DNA from: Dictyostelium discoideum
Lineage: Eukaryota
Direction: 5' to 3'
NCBI GenBank assembly: GCA_000004695.1
Contig: CM000154.2
Coordinates: 4,832,001-4,896,000 of the forward strand
DNA length: 64,000 nucleotides
Every line of letters starts with the position of its first letter. Positions within the stretch are counted from its first letter, which is position 1. This document shows, piece by piece, positions 23,033 to 37,038 of this stretch. The notes under the pieces were generated by a model. It saw only the letters and a program-made list of their open reading frames with translations. It was not told the origin of the DNA and searched no databases. The position numbers were made by a program, and so were the translations under genes.

Positions 23033-24907
23033 TCATAATAATATAAATATTGTAAATAGTAATAATAGTATAATAAATAATAATTTTAATTTTAATCAAC
23101 AACCACCTCAAAGAAGGTCAAGTAAAAAAAGATTAAAACCGGCTTCTTCTTATACAACTTGGTAAATATATATATATATTTATATTTTTTTTTTTTAAAA
23201 ATATTAAATTTAAAATTATTTATTAACTATTTATTTTTTCATTTTTTTTTTTTTAGTATTGAAGATTTACCATTTGAAGTTTTAATTCATATATTTAGTT
23301 TTTTAAAATATTCAGATATTTTAATAGTATCATTAGTTTGTAAAGAATGGAATTCGCATAGTTTAGTTGCAACTACAGAATTAACAATTGAAAATAGAAA
23401 AGCATTAAGTGTTGATCTTGTAAATAGAAGAATTTATAAACATAGTAATTATCTTAAAAAGATTAGATGTTGTCAATGTAAATTATTTAATTCACAATCA
23501 ATTCGTATGATCATTGATAATTGTGTATCGTTATGTGAATTACAACTATTCAATTGTCAATTGATAAAGGATGCAGAGATTGAATTGGTTTGTAGTAAAT
23601 TACCAAAACTAACAAAGATGGTAATTCATTCAGAGAATTTAACTCACAAATCCATTGAATCTCTATCGAGGGCACCAAAATTACAAGAGATTGAATTGGG
23701 TGGATTTTCACGTGTACCCATCGAGGCATTTGGTAAATTATCAGAGATTCAAACATTACGTAAATTGGATGTAAGTGCACTCTTGGGTAAAAATGCCAAT
23801 CAATTAACCTTTGAACTTGGTAAATGTACAAATCTAACCTCACTCAGATTAGGTAGCGCCACTGAATCCTCCTTGGCCAATTTACCATTCTTGGGCAACC
23901 TAACATTACTATCGATTGGTGAATGGCGTTTAGAGGATGTCGAACATACAACTACCAATCAAGAGACAATGTCAACCGTTACAACCATCTCCTCAAGCTC
24001 AAGTGATGGTGGTTGTCTAAGATTCTTGGATCAATGTAAAAAGATTGAAAAACTTGAAATCACCGGATCTGAGGATTTCATACTAAGAGATTTATCTTAC
24101 ATTCACGGCATTGCCGATACCTTGAAAGTGTTAGACTTGGATTTCTCCTATTGCAATGAATTGGATGGCCCAGCATTTAAAAAGGTTTTCTCATCATTGG
24201 TTCGTTTGGAGAGTCTTTTCATTAGTAAATTCAATCTAAGTGGTGAATGTTGGGATGCTTTCTCAAAGATGCCAAACCTCTACGCCCTAAGTATCTGTTG
24301 TGTTAAAATGAACACCAATTGGGTTAATCGTGGTCTTGAACATTTGGGACATTGTAGAAATCTTCAAAAACTTTCAATCATAAACTCAACCGAACATTGG
24401 ATTGACATTAGTGATAAATCATTCTCAAATCTCTTACAACCACGTGGTGGAACCTCATTCAACCATGGATCTTTCCAAAAGAATTTACTCGAACTTAGAT
24501 TAGGTGGTTCAAGAGGTGGTGGTTGGGTACTTAATGAAGGTGTTTTCCGTTCAATTGGCCAATTGAAATCTTTACAATCTTTGGATCTTTCAAATTCACG
24601 TGGTATCAGTGAGCAATGTTTCATTCATCTTTCAAATTGTCCAGATTTAGAAACATTAGAAGGTTCAATTAGAGTTGAAGAAAATATTGTTAGAAATACC
24701 ATCGCAGAATGGTGCGGAACTGGAACTTTAATAAATTGTCCTTCCCTTAGAAAAGTTTCAATCGATGTAAAATTACCACATTTTATAAACTCTGAAATTA
24801 GATCACCAAATAATTTACCAATTCAACAACAACAAACTAAAACTAATAATGGTTTCAATTTAATGGCTAAAATTTCAAAAGATCATAATAATAATTATTT
24901 AAATTAA
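22167..24907 (+). CDS. F-box / leucine-rich-repeat protein (FBXL-like); exons 22167-22208, 22485-23161, 23257-24907
   Basis: A 42-nt first exon ([14 protein letters not shown], donor AAG|GTAATA) and acceptor TTTATAG|CTT at 22484 lead in phase 0 into ORF 22563, whose listed start is TTG. Donor TG|GTAAAT at 23162 and acceptor TTTTTAG|T at 23256 give TG+T=Cys and the F-box [33 protein letters not shown]. Many LRRs follow (LxxLxLxxC...). There is a 90-residue poly-Asn/Ile low-complexity insert in exon 2. Confidence 0.75.
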
Positions 24908-25042
24908 ATAATATCTTAAAATTTAAAAAAAAAAATAAAAATAAAAAAAAAAATAAAAAAAAAAAAAAATAAATAAAATAAAAATTAGTAATAAACAAAA
25001 AAAAAAAGTAATTAGTAATAATAAGTATTTATATATAATTTG

Positions 25043-25074
<32 letters not shown>

Positions 25075-25086
25075 TAAAATAATATT

Positions 25087-27177
<2,091 letters not shown>

Positions 27178-27391
27178 TTTTTAATTGTCTAAAAAGTAGG
27201 TCTTTTGAAATAAATGAAAATGAAAATGAAAAAAAAAAAAAAAAAAAAAAAAATGAAACGAAAATTTGGAAAATTATAAAAAAAAAAAATTAAAAAAAAA
27301 AAAATTAAAACTCTTTACTTTAAAAAAAACGAACGAAAAATAAAAAATGGGATATTTTTAGAATTGGAAATGGATTTATTTGGGACACTTC

Positions 27392-27422
<31 letters not shown>

Positions 27423-27469
27423 TAATTATTAATGAAAATAATATCAATTTTTTATTTTCCAAATAATCT

Positions 27470-27617
27470 TTATTTATTTTCTTTTCTTTTTACAATAATT
27501 TCAAAACCTCCCTCTTGAATCACAGAAGTGCAAGAATAATCTGCCAATAAAATTGGTATTGTTTTTTTTACATTTGTTCCACTTGAACTTGTTAAACTAA
27601 ATGAAAAATTTAAAACT

Positions 27618-27688
<71 letters not shown>

Positions 27689-28080
27689 TTTATTTTCTTT
27701 TTGTTCTTCTTTTTGTTCTTCTTTTTCCTGTTTTAAGCCATCATCGCTATTATCGCTGTTATCACTATTGTAATTATTATTATTTTTATGAATACCACTA
27801 TTATTGTTGGTGGTGGTGGTGGTGGTGTTATTTATTTCATTATTGTTGTTGTTGTTGACGACATTTTCATTATTAATAGGTGATTTTGGTAATTGATTTC
27901 CAGTAAATATTTTGGATTGTTGCGCTTCATCAGTTTTTGTAGTACTTGAAAAATTAGTGTCAACAATTGGATTGCTATTTTTAAATATATTATTATTATT
28001 AATATTGTTGTTGCTATGGTTACTATGGTTGCTATTATTTACAGTTGTATTTTTATTTCCAATATTATTAATATTATTAA

Positions 28081-28114
<34 letters not shown>

Positions 28115-28870
28115 TAGCGATTTGATTAACGATGGTTTAGTTGGTAAAGTTGGTCGTATTGAATAAGATGAAATACTTGGCTTTATTGCATATGGTTGTT
28201 TTGGAATTTCAGTTATCTTTGGTGAGGCACTGGTTGTAGTTACAGTTGTGGTTATAGGATTATTTGAAGGTATAGGATTTTCAAATTTAATAAAAGAAAG
28301 ACTATTCTTTTTTTCATCTTCATTATGAGTTTTAATTGTTTCGCTTCTTTCTTTTTCTTTGGTGGTGATACTATCATTTTGATCATTATTATTATTATTA
28401 TTACTACCACCACTACTGGCTATAATACTATAGTTTAAACCATCAAAAAAATCCTCATCTAATTGATTGTCATCTTCTATAGTTTTAGTGCCACTGTCAA
28501 TACCACTATTATTATTATTGTTATTATTATTGGTATTGGTAGTAGTAGTTGTGGTAGTAGTTGTAGTGGTTAACTTTTTCGTTTGTTGATCTTCGCTATC
28601 AACTCTTAGTTTTTTATTTTCATCGACGCCTTTGACTTGATGTCCAGCAAAAGTATTACTTTCTAATAAATCATAAATATCGTCAGGGTCACTTTCAAAT
28701 TCATTTAATCTTTTTCTTTTAGAAGTTTGATTATTATTATTATTATTATTATTATCATTATTGTTGTTATTGTCATCACTCTTTTGAACCTCTTCCATTA
28801 AATTTTGAATATTTTCAAAGTCTGACATTTCTTCATCTTGTTGTTTCTCTTGTTGTTGTTTCTCTTTCTC

Positions 28871-28906
<36 letters not shown>

Positions 28907-29836
28907 TAATTTTTGAATAATCTGTTGTTTCTTTACTTGTGATTGATGCTCTTCTCTATACTTTTCATATAGTTGTCTCATTTGAATATTTTCTCCTTCT
29001 TCTTCTTTTTCAAAATTTTTTTGATTCTTTTCTTCTTCTTCCTCTTCTTCATATTCTTGACTACTACCATCATTTGTTGAATCTAACATTGATAAATTTC
29101 CTTCAGTGAGATCTTGTAATGATAATTGTTTAGTTATTTGAGTTGGTAAATTCCATAACTCTAATGAATTTAAAATCTCCAATTGATCACTCGAAATTAA
29201 AGATTCTGAATAAATTATATTATTTCCTATATTATTACTTGCATTTTTATTCATATCTTTTTTTCTATTCAATAATAAAAGGTTAGTATATAGTGATATA
29301 TTAATATATTAATATTAAAATGTTTTAAATTTTCTAAATACATACATTCTTAATAATGATATAACCCTTGGATGTTTTGAAATTGGAGTTGGTGATATTG
29401 GTGAATGTTTATTTTTATTTAAAATGACAAATTTATTAATATTTAACACAAATTTTGAAAAATCTTGATCTGGTTTTATTGTATAATCTAAAATTTCAAT
29501 AACACATCCAAATAAAAAACCAAAATTAAATACATTTTTTTTATTTCTATTATTATAATTTAATTTTTAATAGTTATTATTAATATGATATACATATCAT
29601 TAGATTTGTTTATACTACTAATAATATTAATATTAATAACTTACTCTAAGGCCTCTCTAACTGTATTCTCTGAAACAATGATTTGAATATAACAAATATT
29701 ATCAGATAAATATAATGATATGTTTTTCTTTTTATGTGAATCTTCTGGTAATGAAACAATTTGACCACAAGGATTGAGTGGAAATGAATTTGATAAAATT
29801 GCTTTCTCTAGCCATCCTGGCATAATCTCTTTTTTA

Positions 29837-29910
<74 letters not shown>

Positions 29911-31110
29911 ATTGTTTAATTGAAGACTGTTGATTATCTTTTTTGGAGTTGGTTGTTGTTTTTGTTGCTGCTTCTGTTGTTGTTGTGGCTGTTGTTGTGG
30001 TTGTTGTTGTGGTTGTTGTTGTGGTTGTTGTTGTGGTTGTTGTTGTGGTTGTTGTTGTGGTTGTTGAAGTTGTTGCTTTTGTGGTTTAATTTGTTGTTGT
30101 TGCTGTAATTTATGTTCATGTATTTTTTGTTGTTCGAGTAACTCCTCTTCAAATGCATCAAAGTGTTTTGATTGTTTCTGTTGTTGTTGTTGTTGTTGTT
30201 GTTGTTGGAGTTTCAATTTTTGTGGTGATTTATTATCTTTAATTTTTCGTTGAAATTCGTCAAAGCTTTGTTGTTGTTTTTTAGGTAATTGAGGTTTTTG
30301 TGTTAAAGAATGAGCATGTGTGAATAAATGAATTTGATCCTCCTCTTCTTCATTGTGTTCCTCTATGTCTTCTAATTTATCATCATCATTATTGCTATTA
30401 TTATTATTATTATTATTATTATCTATATCATCATAATTATCATCAACTTCATCAACTACTAATGGTTGGGTTGATTCAAAATCTTCAATTTCATCAATCT
30501 CTTCAATTTCTTTTTTCTTTTTCAATTCTATATCATCAATTTGTTTTTTATTGTGTGGTTGTTGTTGATGTGGCTGTGGTTGTGGTTGAGGTAGTGGTGG
30601 TGGTAGTTGTTTAATAGTGGTATTTGTTGATTTATCAAATGTTAAGAGAGATGCATTATAATTTCTTTGAAGTGATTGTAAAAGAAGTGATAATGAATTA
30701 AAATTTTTAGATAAACCTTTTAAAGGTTGATCATTGTTGATGTGTTTATTGGTAATATTTAAATTATGTGATTTTTCTAATTCTGTATCTAAAAAAAGTG
30801 TAATTTCACCTTCTTTATTACTATTATTAAAATATCCAAATATTATTCTAACTTTTTTTGAAGGGAAATTAATAGTTTCTTTTTGTTTATCTTCTAAATG
30901 AATCATTGGAAGAATGTAATGTTTTGTTGATAATAATAATCTTGTATTTTGTGGAATTTTCAAATCTTTCATTTCACCAATTATAAAAAAAAACACTAAT
31001 TTCGATGATACATTATTTATAGACGATGATGAATCTTCTACTCTATTTATCGATCTTTCATACCACTCATATGACGGAATAATTGATGGTTTAGATTGAT
31101 TATCCATCAT
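27470..31110 (-). CDS. Large Q/N/E-rich protein of unknown function; proposed exons 31110-29645, 29546-29346, 29264-27470 (about 1150 aa)
   Basis: The stop of ORF 29641-31110 overlaps a perfect GA|GTAAGT donor. An acceptor AATAATAG|A at 29547 opens a 201-nt exon (NKKNVFNFGFLFGCVIEILDYTIKPDQDFSKFVLNINKFVILNKNKHSPISPTPISKHPRVISLLR) that is open in only one frame and has no ATG. Its AT|GTATGT donor (29345) and TTGAATAG|A acceptor (29265) lead in phase into ORF 27470-29272, whose listed start is TTG. All three phases close exactly. The product has a (QQQP)n tract and poly-N and poly-T runs. Confidence 0.55.
29987..30068. repeat. 12-bp tandem repeat (ggttgttgttgt)x7 within the CDS, encoding (QQQP)n on the minus strand
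   Basis: Visible tandem array at 29987-30068. Confidence 0.9.
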
Positions 31111-31211
31111 ATTATAATTATTATTATTATTATATGTATTAATTCTAAATCAAATAATTTATCTTTTTATTCATAAGAAAAAAAATAAAAAAATAAAAAA
31201 ATAAATAATAT

Positions 31212-31245
<34 letters not shown>

Positions 31246-31476
31246 GAAAAAATGAACGAATTTAGGTTTTTACAAGAAAAAAAAAAAAAAAACAAATAAA
31301 ATTTTTAAAATAAATCATAAAAAATAACAAAAATAGAATATTTAAAAAATATAAATAAACATTATTGGTTTATATTTTAAAAAAATAATATATATTTTTA
31401 TTTGTTACTTTGTTATCATATGACATCAAATTATTAATTTATTATTAATTATTAATTTGAATTTTTTTTTTTTCCA

Positions 31477-31507
<31 letters not shown>

Positions 31508-31620
31508 GTAAAAACCTAAGGGAACTACACATCATTATTCTCTTATGAAAATGAGCGGTCCCTTAAAATTATTATTATTTTTTTTTTTTTTTCTTCCGTC
31601 TTTAATTAACTATTATTTTT

Positions 31621-33155
31621 TTAAAATTTGATATTGATTAAAATTATTATTATCATAATGATTGGTGTACTAAATTTTATAACTGATGAACTATTTATTA
31701 AATTTTCATCATCACCAAAGCTGTCATTTATATTTGATGTTGTTGTTATTTTTGATGTTGTTGTTGTTGCCATTGTTGTTGCTGTTGTTGTTGATGATGA
31801 TGATGATGATGATGATGATGTTGTTGATGTTGTTGATGATGATGTTCCATAATTATTAATATCCTTACTACAAATAGGTAAAAGTTTAATTAAAAACATT
31901 GTTTTATCATCGCTACTACCACTATTTAAAAGATTACCATTAACGCTATTTTTGGTAATATACTCTTTTATATAACCACTATTACCAGTTTTAATATAAT
32001 AACAATTTTTACTACATGATGGATTATTTAATACAGGTTCTAAATTAAACTTTTGATTTTTTAACATTGTTGAACTAACTTCAACATTTGTATTATTCCA
32101 ACTCCAAAAACTTTTAAATTTATCTAAATAAAAATAAAAATAAAAGGTATTAATTATTTATTTATTATTTATTTATTAATTAATTATATAATTAAAACAC
32201 AACATACCTAAAAAACCAATTTTATTATTTTCAAATGTAATAATTTTAAAATAATTTGAATCAGTTAATTCTGATGATAAAGGTATTGTTTTAATGAATT
32301 TATTACCAATATCCCATGCATTAGTAGACCCTTCTGAACTTATATAATTACCAGAAGACATTGATTTAATCGTTACAAGTTGATTACCATATTGAATTGA
32401 TGAACAAAAATTACTATTATCTACATTATTATTATTACTATTATTAAAATCATCATTATTATTATTATTTGGATACAATATTTCCATATTAAAATTATTT
32501 TTATTATCACAAACTTTATTAAAATTTGAAAATATAAAAAAAAATGGTGATTTCCTATATATAATAAATAAATAATAAATATTAGTTTTTATATATATAT
32601 ATTATATAATATATTATATAATAATATGTTACTTTACCTATTTACAAAAATTAAAGAATTAAAAGTAACTTGTTTTGAAATTGAATTTAAATTTTCAACT
32701 AAATAAGAATTATTTGTAGTTGGTTGTATTGAATATAAATCAGTTCTATTTAGATGAACTATATTGAACCTGTATGGATTTAGAAATGGGTCTGTTAGAG
32801 TTGCAATGGTTTGTTTATTTGTACCCCATCTTAGAAAAAAGTATTCATATCCTATATCAGACGGTATTAATTGGTTAAAGATTAATGAAAACTCTTTTTT
32901 ACCATCGACACTACCAGATGCTGTTGTTGATCCGATACTACTAACTATACCATAATTGGTTTTAATTGTTATATATTCATCTCTAATTTGTTCCATTTGA
33001 CAGTACGATACTGTTCCACTACCACTACCACCATCTTCTATATTCTTTATTATTATTACACCATTACTTTCATCACACCGTATTTGAATAATAAATTTTA
33101 AAAAAATTAAAATTAAAAATGATAATAAAAATTGAAATTGCTGTCTTTGTGACAT
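31621..33155 (-). CDS. Secreted or GPI-anchored-type protein (signal peptide, Ser/Thr-rich stalk, C-terminal hydrophobic tail); exons 33155-32638, 32554-32208, 32123-31621
   Basis: Three ORFs join in phase: donor AG|GTAAAG (32637), acceptor TATAG|G (32555), donor G|GTATGT (32207), acceptor TTTATTTAG|A (32124). The N-terminus MSQRQQFQFLLSFLILIFLKFIIQIRC is a signal peptide. The mature domain contains Cys. A long poly-Ser/Thr stretch is followed by a terminal hydrophobic stretch IIMIIIILINIKF, the layout of a GPI-anchored surface protein. Confidence 0.6.
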
Positions 33156-33935
33156 TTAATTTTAATTTTATTTTATTTTCAATTTTTTTAAATTTTATTT
33201 TATTATTTTTTTATTTTATTTTTATTTTATTTTTATTTTTATTTTTATTTTATTTTTATTTTTATTTTAATATTTATTAATTTATTTGAAAATTATTTTA
33301 TTTTATTTTATTATCTTAATATTTATTAATTTATTATTTTGATTGGAGAAGTGTGTGATGAAAAAAAATAAAAATAAAAATAAAAATGGTGAAAAAAAAA
33401 GTTGAGGAGAGAGGTGGTTAAAAATTTTATTATGAAAACGAACCAAATTAAAAAAAAAAAAAAAAAATTTTATTTGTTGGGTGGCCAATCTCGTGATTTT
33501 AAAAAGTGGTTGGACCTTGAGGGCCAAAAAAAAAAAAAAAAAAAATAAAAAAAATTAAAAAAATTTATTTTTGGTTTTGCAGAGATATTTTCGAAAAAAA
33601 AGGGCTGAAAAAAAAAAAAATTAAAAAAACGCTCTGACCAGCATCGCATAAAATTTTTAAGTTTTTTTTTTTTTTTTTTTTTTCATTATTATTAGTTTAA
33701 TTTTTTTTTTTTTTTTTTCTTATATCATCTATGTTCTATGAATAAAAAAAATTAAAATAATACTTTTTTTTTTTTTTATTATTTTTATTTTTTTTTTTTT
33801 TGTGTAGTTTTCCAACTTTTTTAAAAAATACCAAAAAAAAAAAAAAAAAAGTGATTAAAAAAAAAAATTGGAAAATTATTATTATAATTTAATTATTAAT
33901 AATTTATTTATTTATTTATTTAATTAATTAATTAA

Positions 33936-34638
33936 TTAATTATTACAAATTGTAATTGAATTTGAGAACCAACCACATTTTGATTCTAATGGGTAAGTGT
34001 GTGACATTGATGGAGTACCGTTACAACCTGGAGAATTAAAGATTTGTTGAGTTAAAGTAGTAGAGTTACAAACAACATTGAATGATAATTGATTATTTGG
34101 GTCTTTAGAATCAACACAAACGTCAACAGTATTGTAGAATACATTACTAATATCATTCTTCCAAGTGGTAGAGTTACATTGACCAGTGTAATCAAATCTA
34201 ACTAAAGCATTAGTTGGAATATCATAAGTGGCAACACATGAAGCAGTCATTGAAATATTATGTCTATCAGTTGCACAAGTATTGGCAGTGAAATTCCAAA
34301 CATTTTGAACTCTTCCTATAAAATCAAATTTAATAAAAATAAAAAATTAATACAAAATTTTAAAAAAATAAATATATTACTATTATATTTAAAATATTAA
34401 TAATAATGATTTTACCTTTGCAATCACCTCTATGATCATATTCAGTTACAAAGATGGTATTACCATCTGGTGAACATGAGAAGGTGGTATCAAAATCACA
34501 AAAGTTTTCTTCAATGAATTGACCATCAGTGACTACATTTGAACTACAATCACCATCGAATCTTTGTACATTAACAAATGAACAATAAGCAAAATTAACA
34601 ATTGTTAATAATAAAATAATTGATAATAATAATTTCAT
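33936..34638 (-). CDS. Small cysteine-rich secreted protein; exons 34638-34416 and 34315-33936 (about 200 aa)
   Basis: Signal peptide MKLLLSIILLLTIVNFAYC. Donor G|GTAAAA (34415) and acceptor TTTTATAG|G (34316) join ORFs 34360-34638 and 33936-34250 in phase (g+ga gives Gly). About 16 Cys and several N-x-S/T sites. No homopolymer low-complexity sequence. Confidence 0.65.
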
Positions 34639-35137
34639 TTTTCTTTTTTTATTTAAAATTAATAATAATAAATAATAATAATAAAAAAAAAAAACTTTTT
34701 TTATACCCTTTTTTTTTTTAAAATATTTAATTTTAATTTTATTTTAATTTTATTTTATTTTATTTTATTTTAGATTTTATTAAAATTTTGTTTAACAAAA
34801 TTTCAAAGATGTACAAAAAAAAAAAAATCTAAAAAAAAAAAAAAAAAGAAAAATTGTACAATTGGTATGAAAGTTTTGGAAATATGTACAATGTATTTAA
34901 GAGTACCAAAAAAAAAAACAATTAAAAAACTTGATCAAAAAAAAGATTAATTAAAAAAAAAAAAAAAAATAGTGAAATTAAAAATATCTGTCAAATTTTT
35001 GGCTTACACAAAATAAAATTTGGAAAATAAAAATAAAAAAAAAAAAAAAAATAAAAAAATATCTTCCATCCTTTACAATTGACAAACACAATTCCTTTTA
35101 TTTATATTATTTATATATTATATTATATTATATTATA

Positions 35138-35423
35138 TTATTTTTCTATGTTTTTTTTAACCTCATCGCTATTATTATTATTCTTATTATTATTATTATT
35201 ATTATCTTCATTAACACTATTAGTAGTGTTTTTATTATTTATTACTCTTGAAAATGTATCAATAATTGAAGTTGGTACAAAAATAAATGATTTTGAAGGA
35301 TCTTTTGAAATTGATTCGATAGATTCTAATTCACGTAATCTCATTGCAAATGGTGATTTTTCAAGTTCACTAGCTGCTTCTACTAACTAAAAAAAAAAAA
35401 AAAAAAAAAAGTTAATGGAATGC

Positions 35424-35463
<40 letters not shown>

Positions 35464-36142
35464 ATAAAAAATAATAATTTACTATTTTTGAAGAAATTAA
35501 TTCAGATTGAGCTAAAAGTAGTCTTGAATCTTTTATAAATTCAGCTTCAACTTTTTTTGACATTGCATTTGAAACATCTTGAGTGAAAATTATGTCACTT
35601 AGAGTGAAAGATTCCAAATTGATTCCCCAAGATTCAAAAGTTTCATTAACCGAATCGACCAATTCTTTATTGAAACCATCACGTTCATATAGTAATTGAG
35701 CCAATGTTTTCTTTGGCACCATTTCAATTAACTTGATTTGAACTAAATTTTCAATTGATTCATCATGATCTTTTAAATCTTGAACTAGTTTCAATGGATC
35801 AACTACTTTGTATTGTATAATTGAATCAATTGATAAAACAACACCATCTAATGTTACCAAAGTTTGTTTTGGTAAATGTTGAGTACTAGATCTTGTATCG
35901 AATAATTCAATATCATGAATTAATGGTACCATTAATCTTAAACCCGGTCCAAGTATTTTTTTACCAATTTTACCAAACGTATATCTAACACCTAATTCAT
36001 TTTGTTCAATTTTTGTAAAAAATTCCCTTTTTTGTTGATTTATTGTATACAAATTAATTTGTCTAAAAATATTTTCATTTCTTTTATTTATTAAATTTTT
36101 TCCCGAAATTGAAATTTTATTTATAAATCTATTTATAAACAT
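35138..36142 (-). CDS. Stomatin-like / SPFH (band 7) protein with mitochondrial-type presequence (SLP-2-like); exons 36142-35483 and 35386-35138
   Basis: The N-terminus MFINRFINKISISGKNLINKRN is presequence-like. The SPFH core reads ...PGLRLMVPLIHDIELFDTRSSTQHLPKQTLVTLDGVVLSIDSIIQYKVVDPLKLVQDL...WGINLESFTLSDIIF.... Donor ATA|GTAAAT (35482) and acceptor TTTTTAG|TTA (35387) remove a 96-nt poly-A/T intron and attach the C-terminus ...SPFAMRLRELESIESISKDPSKSFIFVPTSIID, which has the stomatin IFVP motif. Confidence 0.8.
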
Positions 36143-36281
36143 TTTTTTTATCTATCTATATATATTTTATTTATTATATTTTTTTTTTTTTGAAATTAAA
36201 TAAATGGAAAAAAAAAAAAAAAAATTGCACTCACCACACGAATAAATTTGGTTTCAAAAAAAATAAAAAATAAAAAATAAA

Positions 36282-36317
<36 letters not shown>

Positions 36318-36326
36318 ATAATTTCA
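36143..36326. promoter_or_regulatory. 184-bp divergent (bidirectional) promoter between the stomatin-like gene (-) and the twin-Cx9C gene (+)
   Basis: Start codons at 36142 (-) and 36327 (+). The interval is an A/T homopolymer block. Confidence 0.45.
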
Positions 36327-36729
36327 ATGACACAAACAACAGAAGTAAAATTATCATTTAAAGAAATGCAAGAAATAAAAGATTTAACTTTACCACCATT
36401 CTTTCCAGCTGTAACTTCACAATGTAAAGAAAAAGCTGCAACTTTTTTCATTTGCATTGAAGAAAAGATGGTTAATATTAATGCTGAAGTAAGTTACTCC
36501 TCCCACCTTTAACACCACCCATAAAAAAAAAAAAAAAACAAGAAAAAAGTAAAAACTTTTAAAAAAAAAAAAAAAACAAATATATAGGTACTAATTAAAA
36601 ATATTAATCTTTATAAAGGATACTCAAGGTGCTAAAAGAGGTTTATCTCAATGTGAAAGTCAATTAAAAGAATACACAAAATGTATGATGGAGTCATTAC
36701 AAAAAGGTGACAGTATTGGATTTTTATAA
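36327..36729 (+). CDS. Twin Cx9C (CHCH-fold) small protein, probable mitochondrial intermembrane-space protein; exons 36327-36488 and 36619-36729 (90 aa)
   Basis: Exon 1 ends GAA|GTAAGT. Acceptor TTTATAAAG|GAT at 36618 continues in phase 0. The product has two Cx9C motifs (C-KEKAATFFI-C and C-ESQLKEYTK-C) in the helix-turn-helix spacing of Cmc1/Mdm35/TRIAP1-type Mia40 substrates. Exon 2 is absent from the ORF track. Confidence 0.65.
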
Positions 36730-37038
36730 ACATACTAAAATTAATAATATAATAATAATTTAAATCGAATAAATAAATATAATTTGTAAATATCGCTATA
36801 ATCTGTTTTATAAGATTTTTTTTTTTTTTTTTTTTTTATATGTTTTTAAAATTTTATATTATATTTGGGGTTTTGGTTTTTTTTTTTTTTTTTTTTTTTT
36901 ATATACAAATAAAATGAATTATATTTGTATTATTATTATTGTTGTTGTTATTATTATTTAGTTTGTTGTTTTTTTTTTTTTTTTTAGATATTATTATTAT
37001 TATTATTATTAATTAAAATTTTCTTTTTTTTTTTTTTT

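Noticed and set aside
29639-29644. GTAAGT overlapping the stop codon of ORF 29641-31110, first taken as coincidence
   Set aside because: Not rejected in the end. A phase-matched downstream exon and a second intron made the spliced model the better explanation. It is recorded here because the unspliced reading (gene ends at 29641) remains the alternative.
35079-35390. Plus-strand 103-aa ORF
   Set aside because: It is antisense to the poly-A/T intron and terminal exon of the stomatin-like gene. Its product is an L/I/Y homopolymer-like string.
36516-36523. Second DUSE-like octamer ACCCATAA
   Set aside because: It lies inside the 130-nt intron of the Cx9C gene, with nothing but poly-A downstream. 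It is most likely a chance match.
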